A stretch of DNA of 52,541 nucleotides, from positions 1 through 52,541 of the IMG/VR virus record IMGVR_UViG_3300029258_002096. One strand, 5' to 3'. The notes under the pieces are model-generated. The model was not told where the DNA came from, made no database searches, and was given only the letters and a program-made list of their open reading frames with translations. The stretch's first letter is position 1. Every line of letters starts with the position of its first letter. The position numbers and the translations under genes were made by a program. Source of the stretch: a virus. Of this stretch, positions 7,439 to 15,171 are shown piece by piece.

Positions 7439-8791
7439 TTGGATATAAACATCTCGACTCGCCCCTTCAAGGTAAGATTGCGAAAACCCCAACCCCCTAA
7501 ACCCCAAAGACAGGCATCTGCAACATCGCAGACACGGGAAACCTACGAAAGTGGAATATCTATATTTAATGCCTATAATCCCCTGAAACACAACATGGGG
7601 GCCTACCGTGAATTGAGGGAAAAAATACCCTTCTTCAATGTAGCCATAAAGAAACTCGTACAGCTTATTGGTGACCCGATATTTGATTCTCCATCCGATT
7701 CCGTAAAAAAGAAAATAGAAGACTTTGTTCAAAAAGTTCAGGTAAATCGCTTTGGCAGAGGATTGGGTTCTTTCTTAGACGAATTAGAGGATTCAGCTTT
7801 TGAAGTGGGTGGTGGTTGGGGAGAACTTGTACCAACAAAAACAATGACAGATGTTCATCGTTTGAAAATAGCCTCTGCCGAATCTATGTGTTTTATAAAA
7901 GATGAAAAGACGGGCGAACTTGTTATCGGCACTTATAAAGACAATCATTTTATGCCACTGCCTGTTGAAAATATGGATTTGATTTATTACTTGGCTTTTG
8001 ATCGAAGACAGGGACATCCGCAGGGTTATAGCTTGCTTTATTCTTGTATGTGGCCGAGCCAGGCATTTTTGCGATGGGAAAAATCCTTTGAAAATCAAGT
8101 GCAGAGATTCGGGGATATATCTCTCGTCGGTGCTTTTGCCCCACCCGAGGGTGGAACCGTTGAGGAAGCAGATTATACAAGAGATAAATTCATGGAGCAA
8201 TTGGGTAAACTTTCAAAACTGAAAAGGCGCGGGAATGTAACCGATATCGGATTAAGTATACCGCCTGGTGGTACGTGGGATATAAAAACATTGGGCGCAG
8301 ATGCAAAGTTAATAGCAACCAAAGATTCCGTCAGAACGCTTTTAGAGCAATTGATCGCAAATACCGGCCTTCATCCTTCGTCCCTGGGAGTCCATTGGTC
8401 TACCTCCGAACGTATGTCGGTAATGCAAAATTTATTGCTAATGTCTAATCTCAACGCACAACGGGAACGGATCAATCCAATTGTTGAAAGAATTATCGAT
8501 ACCATGTTGGAGCTTACGGGTGATGCTGGAGCAGAATGGAGCATGAAATGGCCTGAAGTTATGTTATTGGGGGAAACCGAACGAGCCGATGCAAAAAAGA
8601 GCAATTGGGAAGCCATTAAAAATATGCTTGAAGCTCTTGAAATGGCTATTGCCTACGGATGGGCTGATGAAGAAAGTGCAAGGGAAACATTGGACAGAGA
8701 GGGTTTTGACGTAACTAAGTTACCGTCTAACTGGTATGCAAAGGTCAAAGAAAGATCGTATTTAGCAAGAATGGCAAGGGAAATAGAATAG
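7439..8791 (+). CDS. portal protein
   Basis: 450 aa between terL and gp7-like gene; TTG start with CGGAG RBS; size and synteny. Confidence 0.8.
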   Translation: MDINISTRPFKVRLRKPQPPKPQRQASATSQTRETYESGISIFNAYNPLKHNMGAYRELREKIPFFNVAIKKLVQLIGDPIFDSPSDSVKKKIEDFVQKVQVNRFGRGLGSFLDELEDSAFEVGGGWGELVPTKTMTDVHRLKIASAESMCFIKDEKTGELVIGTYKDNHFMPLPVENMDLIYYLAFDRRQGHPQGYSLLYSCMWPSQAFLRWEKSFENQVQRFGDISLVGAFAPPEGGTVEEADYTRDKFMEQLGKLSKLKRRGNVTDIGLSIPPGGTWDIKTLGADAKLIATKDSVRTLLEQLIANTGLHPSSLGVHWSTSERMSVMQNLLLMSNLNAQRERINPIVERIIDTMLELTGDAGAEWSMKWPEVMLLGETERADAKKSNWEAIKNMLEALEMAIAYGWADEESARETLDREGFDVTKLPSNWYAKVKERSYLARMAREIE

Positions 8792-8822
8792 GGGGGAATG
8801 GAATGTCAACAAGAAGAGGATA

Positions 8823-9029
8823 TTGTTGAAAAATAATTTAGGACAGGAACATAGAGTTTGTAAAAAATGTCCTATTCATCATGTAGAAAACTGTACCACC
8901 TGTTTTGGGTTTGGATTAAAAATTGTTAAAAATCGACAAATACCAATACGATGTGGTGAAGCCTGTGAACCGAAAAGATTGTTGAATTATCAAATTGTGC
9001 AATGTCCGGAGTGTGGTGGGCTTGCATAG
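8823..9029 (+). CDS. Cys-rich zinc-binding hypothetical protein
   Basis: CKKC, CTTC and CPEC motifs. Confidence 0.45.
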   Translation: MLKNNLGQEHRVCKKCPIHHVENCTTCFGFGLKIVKNRQIPIRCGEACEPKRLLNYQIVQCPECGGLA

Positions 9030-9121
9030 AGAATCATATAGATATATTTATTGTCAACATGAAGATACTTCGAGTGTTGTGTATACGCACCCTCCTAAAA
9101 AGCAAGGGGAGATAATTAAAG

Positions 9122-9301
9122 ATGGACACTAAAGAATTACAAAGCAAAGTAGAAGAGATAGAACAAAATATTGGAAAGCAACTGAAGGAGCTGATAGACA
9201 ATGCGCCGGAAGTTAGAGACGTGCAAATTTATTTAGGAAAAAGTCTTTATACGATTGGTGGAATTAATGATTTTAGCGTAGACATTAAACTAATTATATG
9301 A
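9122..9301 (+). CDS. hypothetical protein (59 aa, not in ORF track)
   Basis: Manual translation MDTKELQSKVEEIEQNIGKQLKELIDNAPEVRDVQIYL...; ATGA overlap with 9298. Confidence 0.55.
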   Translation: MDTKELQSKVEEIEQNIGKQLKELIDNAPEVRDVQIYLGKSLYTIGGINDFSVDIKLII

Positions 9302-10353
9302 TTAATGCCCAACTTGACATCTCAATACATACAGACCGCTTGCGAAAAATAGCAATAGCCAAGGGTTTTGAAATACCCGACGGGCAGGGCGTATGTTGTT
9401 TTAAAGTTACAACTCCGAATTTCCATGAACTTGAACTTGCCAGTAGAAAACACCGTTGGCCTAAAATGCGAAAATTGCAAGCAGATTTCTTTAATGCTTT
9501 TATGGAAGAAGCAACAGAGCAAGAAATTGAGATTCTCAATATATTAGCATTACCGGATATAGAAACGGTTAGGCAGGCCGAGTTTACGGATGTGGATGAT
9601 GTGGGAGAGACGGGGAAATTCCGATACACGCTAATGATGAACGAAGAACTCGACCGTGTGTTTTATGAATGGCGTGAGGAGTTGTTGGGGACGGAAGCAG
9701 TAAAAACCGTCGATCCGATGTCGGCCACCTATCCGTTTCATCAATTATCTGCGTTTAGCATCGGGACTGATCAAGTCTTTAGGGATGCTTTGAGAGAGTT
9801 ACCGGATTATGTTGATTCCGAAGAACTTAAACGAAGACGTATTCAGGCAGCTTTAGATAATCCCTATTTACGTGCCGTAATCCGTGATGGTGGGAACAGG
9901 ATCAAGGAAGAGCTTGGTAAAAAGCATATTAGATTAATAAAAATTGCTTTACGGGAAAAAGCAAAAGAAGGACAAAACCCGCTTCAAGTTGCACGATGGC
10001 TTCATAAAGAGGTGGGGGAAGGCAAAGCTTGGTATTGGAGACGGCTCGCACGATCTGAATCCGTATTGGCAGCCGATGCTGCTTTTGAATCGAGCATAAG
10101 ACAATATCAAATCCCTTACGAACGCTGGAGTGCGGCTCCGACAGCGTGTCCTATATGTATGCAATTTCAGGGAAGAGTATGGTCGGCAGGACGAGGCCCG
10201 CATCCGGTATCGGATACGCACCCACACTGTCTTTGTGTTAGGCGAGTTGTTTACGTAACGGATAAACCGATACAGCGACCGTGGCAAAGAGAATCACCAT
10301 ATAGTAGACTATATACAAGAGAAGAGCTTGAAAACATAGAGTGGAGGATTTGA
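9298..10353 (+). CDS. head morphogenesis protein (SPP1 gp7/Mu gpF-like)
   Basis: RLARSE...W...CPIC...G...P...HPHCLC C-terminal signature. Confidence 0.85.
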   Translation: MINAQLDISIHTDRLRKIAIAKGFEIPDGQGVCCFKVTTPNFHELELASRKHRWPKMRKLQADFFNAFMEEATEQEIEILNILALPDIETVRQAEFTDVDDVGETGKFRYTLMMNEELDRVFYEWREELLGTEAVKTVDPMSATYPFHQLSAFSIGTDQVFRDALRELPDYVDSEELKRRRIQAALDNPYLRAVIRDGGNRIKEELGKKHIRLIKIALREKAKEGQNPLQVARWLHKEVGEGKAWYWRRLARSESVLAADAAFESSIRQYQIPYERWSAAPTACPICMQFQGRVWSAGRGPHPVSDTHPHCLCVRRVVYVTDKPIQRPWQRESPYSRLYTREELENIEWRI

Positions 10354-10355
10354 AA

Positions 10356-10565
10356 ATGGCAGAGCAAAAGAAAAAAGACCCAGTTGAAGAAGCTCAGAAT
10401 CTTTTGGGTAAAAAGCCAGCTTTTGACTCAGAAACAATTGAGCCTCTGGCAAAGCTACAAAAACAAGTATTCGATGCTTATATTGCAAGTGGATTTAATG
10501 AACATCAGGCTCTTGAGTTGACGATGGGTTGGATTGCACTTACACTTAAAAAAAATCTAACATAG
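10356..10565 (+). CDS. small hypothetical protein
   Basis: GGAGG RBS; AYIASGFNEHQALEL motif. Confidence 0.6.
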   Translation: MAEQKKKDPVEEAQNLLGKKPAFDSETIEPLAKLQKQVFDAYIASGFNEHQALELTMGWIALTLKKNLT

Positions 10566-10566
10566 A

Positions 10567-10830
10567 ATGGTTGCTGCGATTATCTTTATTATTGCGTGTT
10601 TAGTTTATTCCGTATATAGCTTTGCTCAAATAACATGCGGAACTGCAAACTGGATGTGGCATATAACGCAGTGGGCTTCGGCCTTGATGTTTGTTATTTC
10701 GGGAGTATCTTTCGGTTTAAATCTTAGAGAAATGACTTGGCATGAATTCGGTAGAATTGTTGCCGTGGCAGTTTTGGGAATACCGGCTTATGTATTTTCC
10801 CTTCATTGGATGTTGAAATATTTAAAATAA
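10567..10830 (+). CDS. small membrane protein (about 3 TM)
   Basis: three hydrophobic segments. Confidence 0.6.
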   Translation: MVAAIIFIIACLVYSVYSFAQITCGTANWMWHITQWASALMFVISGVSFGLNLREMTWHEFGRIVAVAVLGIPAYVFSLHWMLKYLK

Positions 10831-10841
10831 AGGAGTAACTA

Positions 10842-11108
10842 ATGCCAGTTGTATATTGTGAAAAATGTGGAGCCCCCATCAGTGTTTGTGTTTCTGATTA
10901 CAAACGCTACAAGTCGGGCCGCCCTAACACCGTACCCTTGCTTTGTCCTAAATGTTCAAAGCGTCGGGGAAGTGCTGAAAAAGTCGCGGATATTGCAGAG
11001 GGCGAGGAAAAGGAATTTGGTGGAAATGGGGCCGAAGTAAAAAAAGGGAAACGGGGACGCAAGAAAAACGAGGAGAGCGGAGGCTTTGGTGGCTTCTCGC
11101 CGAACTAA
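10842..11108 (+). CDS. zinc-ribbon protein with basic tail
   Basis: CEKC...CPKC; AAGGAG RBS. Confidence 0.65.
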   Translation: MPVVYCEKCGAPISVCVSDYKRYKSGRPNTVPLLCPKCSKRRGSAEKVADIAEGEEKEFGGNGAEVKKGKRGRKKNEESGGFGGFSPN

Positions 11109-11121
11109 AGGATGTTTAAAG

Positions 11122-11265
11122 TTGGGCGAAAACAGATGCCCAACTTGTAATCGCTTTTTGTACGAGGTAACATCCGATGGCATTGAGATCAAATGTCCAA
11201 AGTGCAAGAAAGTGGTCTGTTTTGTAAATTCGAGTTTATGGCAAGAGCCAACAGAAGATAGATAA
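11122..11265 (+). CDS. Mu Com-like zinc-ribbon protein (47 aa, not in ORF track)
   Basis: TTG start; RCPTCNRFLYEVTSDGIEIKCPKCKKV matches the Com family RCxxCxxxL...IEIKCPxC pattern. Confidence 0.7.
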   Translation: MGENRCPTCNRFLYEVTSDGIEIKCPKCKKVVCFVNSSLWQEPTEDR

Positions 11266-11283
11266 AGTTTCATTGACATTTGA

Positions 11284-11325
11284 GAGCGGTTCGACCGCCT
11301 GATACTAATAGAGCTGTACGACAGC
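11284..11325 (+). promoter_or_regulatory. two tandem hairpins with consensus AGAGCnGTnCGACnGC
   Basis: GAGCGGTTCGACCGC 11284-11298 and GAGCTGTACGACAGC 11311-11325; 5-bp stems covary. Confidence 0.6.
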
Positions 11326-11355
11326 CGATTCTCTGAAAAGAGGGTCGGCTTTTTT
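11324..11355 (+). terminator. intrinsic terminator upstream of the head operon
   Basis: GCCGATTCTCT-GAAA-AGAGGGTCGGC followed by TTTTTT. Confidence 0.75.
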
Positions 11356-11369
11356 GTTGGGAATTAATA

Positions 11370-13094
11370 ATGAGATTTTTAAACGAATCAAGACGCAATT
11401 ATCTTTTCGCGCTTGATGAAATAATAAATTACGAGAAAGACGGCATCCGCGCCGAAGACGGGATGATATGGTTCCCACGGGTTTATGAAGACGCAGAAGA
11501 AAACTTTATCCATAAACAAGTGAACATTGAAAATCAAGACAAAAAAACATTCAGAACAATAGAAGAATGTGAGGCATGGTTTGAAGAACACACGAAGGAT
11601 ATAGCAATGGATAAAATGGTTAAGGTTTCCATGTTGCCCGCCGAACGTCTTGAACCTACCGACGAAGATTGGGAGCTGATGAAAGAATATATACCAGGTG
11701 CGAAAAGAGGGACAAAGACGAAGGAAGACTTTGTGGTATTTCGGGATCATCTGGCATTCAATCTTTTGGACCGTGATAGCCAGAGATTTCCCCCGAAGGT
11801 ATTGGAACGTCTAAAGAATACAATTGTCGGGAAAAGGAAATTACCGTCCCATGACTGGCCTGGTTCAAAGGGTGTCATTGGAAGGTATTTTAAGAGTGAT
11901 ATAGAAACGTCGGGCATTGATGAAGGATTGAAGGCCTTGGGTGGACATATTCCGTCCGAAGCTAACCGGACATTACAGAAGAAGATCGCCCAGCAAGATA
12001 GTGGAGTATTGTGGCTGGTCGGTAGTTATTATGTGCCAAAAGAAAAAACGGAAATTATCAATGATCTTGATTCCGGCTTGTGGGCGTCTTCGATTGGATT
12101 TGTGGGCGGGCAGACTAAAGACATTGAGGATGAAAAAGGCAAAAAACTTTACGAGGAATATATTTTAACTGATTTTTTGGAAGCTGCCGAGGGGTCTTTG
12201 GTGGGTGTAGAGAGTCAACGGGGAGCGGAAACGAAAACTGTCAACCCTGAGCTTGAAAAAGATGAAGGAATGAAAATTACTTATGCCGAAGTTATTAAAC
12301 CCTACGAAAACGAACACGCCTGCAGATTGAAAGACCCCAGTCAGTACGAAAGATTCGCACGGAAAAATTGCGAGCAAAAACACGACGGGAAATGTATAGA
12401 TGTAATATATGGCATTAAAGACGGAAAATCAGAAATACAATCATTAAGATATAAGATAAAGACGTGGAGTGTTTCCGCAGCGAGAAACCATTGCGAATCA
12501 CGTAAAGGGATATTTGAAGCCGCTGCGAAGGTTGTGAGTAGCCTTGCTGTTAAGAAAAAAAATAAACCAGGAGGAAACATGAAATTTACAGTGGATTCTG
12601 TTGGCTTTTCAAAGGAAATCGAGCTTGACGAAGAGTCTATTAACACCCTCCAGGCCGACATTGAAGACGCAGTTCAGCAAAAGGTCGCAGACATCGAATC
12701 GGAGATGAAAGAGCCGACCGAAGAGTTGACTGCCGTAAAAAAGGTTTTCGGCGAGGAATTCACCGCCGAGAATGCTAAGGATGTGAAAATCAAGGCCGAC
12801 GAGTGGGAAAAGTATCACAAGCAATTGATCGAGGATACAGTTAGACTTGGATGTATGGCAGGCTTAGTATCAAAGGAAAAAGCTGATAGTAAAAGAGAAT
12901 TTCTTGAAGATTTGTCTTTTGAAAAATTACTTGCCCAGCATACGGAATATCAGGAGGCGGTTGACAAGAAATTCGAGTTGAAGGGTATTTTGCCCGACAA
13001 CAACGATGATCTTAACCCAGACAAAAAAGACAATAAAGGGGAATCAGAGGAAATTATACACGTTCCCGATTCTGCATTTAGCATTGGAGGTTAG
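11370..13094 (+). CDS. prohead protease fused to scaffold (HK97-type protease)
   Basis: LDRDSQRF, HDW and SSIGF motifs; acidic coiled-coil C-terminus; directly upstream of decoration and capsid genes. Confidence 0.8.
   Translation: MRFLNESRRNYLFALDEIINYEKDGIRAEDGMIWFPRVYEDAEENFIHKQVNIENQDKKTFRTIEECEAWFEEHTKDIAMDKMVKVSMLPAERLEPTDEDWELMKEYIPGAKRGTKTKEDFVVFRDHLAFNLLDRDSQRFPPKVLERLKNTIVGKRKLPSHDWPGSKGVIGRYFKSDIETSGIDEGLKALGGHIPSEANRTLQKKIAQQDSGVLWLVGSYYVPKEKTEIINDLDSGLWASSIGFVGGQTKDIEDEKGKKLYEEYILTDFLEAAEGSLVGVESQRGAETKTVNPELEKDEGMKITYAEVIKPYENEHACRLKDPSQYERFARKNCEQKHDGKCIDVIYGIKDGKSEIQSLRYKIKTWSVSAARNHCESRKGIFEAAAKVVSSLAVKKKNKPGGNMKFTVDSVGFSKEIELDEESINTLQADIEDAVQQKVADIESEMKEPTEELTAVKKVFGEEFTAENAKDVKIKADEWEKYHKQLIEDTVRLGCMAGLVSKEKADSKREFLEDLSFEKLLAQHTEYQEAVDKKFELKGILPDNNDDLNPDKKDNKGESEEIIHVPDSAFSIGG
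12579..13094 (+). CDS. nested scaffolding protein from an internal in-frame start
   Basis: AGGAGG 12569-12574 then ATG 12579, in frame with the protease ORF. Confidence 0.6.
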   Translation: MKFTVDSVGFSKEIELDEESINTLQADIEDAVQQKVADIESEMKEPTEELTAVKKVFGEEFTAENAKDVKIKADEWEKYHKQLIEDTVRLGCMAGLVSKEKADSKREFLEDLSFEKLLAQHTEYQEAVDKKFELKGILPDNNDDLNPDKKDNKGESEEIIHVPDSAFSIGG

Positions 13095-13096
13095 AT

Positions 13097-13546
13097 ATGT
13101 CCAGAGTAAGAGGTGGTGGCGACCGTCCAAGTATTACGAGGGTTGGTTGCGTGCCGGATTCTACATTTGAAAGTGAAATTGATGCTCTTGTGGCTGCTGG
13201 AACAGATGTTATTGGAAAACTCGTTACGGCAACTTTTTCCAATAATTATGAAGTGACAAGTGCTGCTGCCGGAGCCGTGCCACACGGCAAAATCGTTGAT
13301 TATAGGGTAAGTGGAAGTTCGTATGCATTGACTGTTCATTTTTTCCTGATGACGGATCAAAATGGCAATGTGTTTGCGCCTACACAGATTATTAATCTGC
13401 CCTATGATGGTACGACTGCCTTGCAAGATACTTTCAAGGTTGACGATACGACTTATATGAATATCGAAGATGCCGGTGCAAGTGGGGCTGGTGTTGTAAT
13501 TGCCGTAGACGTGCCCACGACCAACCGCGTTGATGTGATGGTATAA
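13097..13546 (+). CDS. head decoration/cement protein
   Basis: 149 aa, beta-rich, between scaffold and major capsid gene. Confidence 0.65.
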   Translation: MSRVRGGGDRPSITRVGCVPDSTFESEIDALVAAGTDVIGKLVTATFSNNYEVTSAAAGAVPHGKIVDYRVSGSSYALTVHFFLMTDQNGNVFAPTQIINLPYDGTTALQDTFKVDDTTYMNIEDAGASGAGVVIAVDVPTTNRVDVMV

Positions 13547-13556
13547 GGAGGCTAAA

Positions 13557-14705
13557 ATGGCTTATACACCAAGAATTGACCCCATGAAAAGCTCTAAAGT
13601 TGTAGAGGCATGGTATCCCAAAGACGGACTCGAATCCGGTATGTATAAACATGCAGCTAAAGATGGCAAGTCTTTTACTATGTTTCTTGAGGAGCTGAAA
13701 TCTGAAAAAATGGGGCAGCAAACTATTTATGACGGGCTTTCGCTTTCTCAGATATTCGACAAAAAGGCAAAAATGAGAGCAAATGGCGAGACCCCCCCCC
13801 TAACTGCTTTTGAGGAAGGCTTGAAAGCATGTGGTATTCGTTTCGACGGTATCGGAACCGATAATATAGTCGGGAAGTTTTTCCAGTTTTCCGGAGCCGA
13901 CGTTCTTTTCCCCGAAGCAATTTCTACGCAAGTTTTTGCAGGTCGCAAAAAAGATAATATGGTTCCGATTTTTGCTGCTCGTGAAACCATGCTTGATTCA
14001 ATGACTTATTACAAAATTTACATTGAAACGGCTGAGGCGGATGAGCAAACTTCAAAATTAGAACCACGCGAAGAAATGAAGGAAACGAAAATCGTCGTTG
14101 GCAAACAGACGGTTACTCTTCAGAAATTCGGCACCTATTTGACACAGAGTTATGAAGATATTAAACAAATGCGCCTGAATATTTTTGCTGTTGCCCTTGA
14201 TCGAATTGGTTTACAGATTAAAGTTGATGAAACCGATGATATGTTTTATACTATGATTAATGGCGACGGCAATTCAAACACGCCGGGTGCTACTGCATCT
14301 GCCGATGCTTCGGGAGTAATTGATGGCGAGGAAGTGACGAAAGTTCGCACGATTATGAGTTCTCCGTATCAGGTTTCCGTACTTGTTGGCAAAAAGGCCG
14401 GTGTCCGTAAATGGATCAATGCTCTTGCGGATTATACAAATCCTTACGATATGCGAAGTTTCACCCAGGAGGTTGTGCCACAGTTAGTTATGCCAGTTAT
14501 GTACGAGTGGGATACCAGTACGATCACAACTTCCCATTTTTACGGTGTTGACAAAAATTACGGCATTGAGCATCTAACGATGGGTAGTGTATTGACCGAA
14601 ACCGAAAATCTAATCCGACAGCAAATCAAGGGTACTGCTATTAGTTATGCAGCGGGGCATGCAATAATTGACGAAAACGCTGTTTGTGATTTTGATTTTT
14701 CGTAA
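13557..14705 (+). CDS. major capsid protein (HK97 fold)
   Basis: 382 aa; synteny; KFGTYLTQSYEDIK...LDRIG...E-D-DMF pattern; strong AAGGAGG RBS. Confidence 0.85.
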   Translation: MAYTPRIDPMKSSKVVEAWYPKDGLESGMYKHAAKDGKSFTMFLEELKSEKMGQQTIYDGLSLSQIFDKKAKMRANGETPPLTAFEEGLKACGIRFDGIGTDNIVGKFFQFSGADVLFPEAISTQVFAGRKKDNMVPIFAARETMLDSMTYYKIYIETAEADEQTSKLEPREEMKETKIVVGKQTVTLQKFGTYLTQSYEDIKQMRLNIFAVALDRIGLQIKVDETDDMFYTMINGDGNSNTPGATASADASGVIDGEEVTKVRTIMSSPYQVSVLVGKKAGVRKWINALADYTNPYDMRSFTQEVVPQLVMPVMYEWDTSTITTSHFYGVDKNYGIEHLTMGSVLTETENLIRQQIKGTAISYAAGHAIIDENAVCDFDFS

Positions 14706-14715
14706 GGAGTGACTT

Positions 14716-15171
14716 ATGGGTGTAATATATGTAACAAGCAAGAAAAAGAAACCTCTCTCCTTGTCCTGTCCTGTGAGGGGGAATTATAATCATTATATGA
14801 GCATTAACCAATATATGATTGATAAAAAAATCCCTCACGAGGTTCCCGATGTACCCTTTTATCATGACAAAATCAGTCAGGGGCTACTTGCATTAGACAA
14901 CTCAAATAAAGCAGCCTCGAAGTGGAAAAAGTATTATGATAAAAAGGTGAGCACAACCGAAGAAGCCCAAAAACGGTATGCAGAAGATCGCGAGAAAAAA
15001 CTTCAACGGCTGCGGAACGAGCAGGAAGAAAGGGCAAGGCTAAGGGGGCGGCGGGTTTCGCCTGCAGTGAAACCTAACAATGAAGATACTTCTGAAAATT
15101 TGGAAGTAAACGAAGATACTTCTGAAAATGATAATGAAGATACTTCTGAAAATTTGGAGGTGCAAGAATGA
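14716..15171 (+). CDS. hypothetical protein with acidic NEDTSEN repeats
   Basis: ORF track; three copies of the repeat near the C-terminus. Confidence 0.6.
   Translation: MGVIYVTSKKKKPLSLSCPVRGNYNHYMSINQYMIDKKIPHEVPDVPFYHDKISQGLLALDNSNKAASKWKKYYDKKVSTTEEAQKRYAEDREKKLQRLRNEQEERARLRGRRVSPAVKPNNEDTSENLEVNEDTSENDNEDTSENLEVQE
15079..15160 (+). repeat. three imperfect tandem copies containing GAAGATACTTCTGAAAAT
   Basis: seen directly. Confidence 0.8.

Noticed and set aside
11273-11306. TTGACA as a promoter for the head operon
   Set aside because: No -10 hexamer at 16-18 nt spacing
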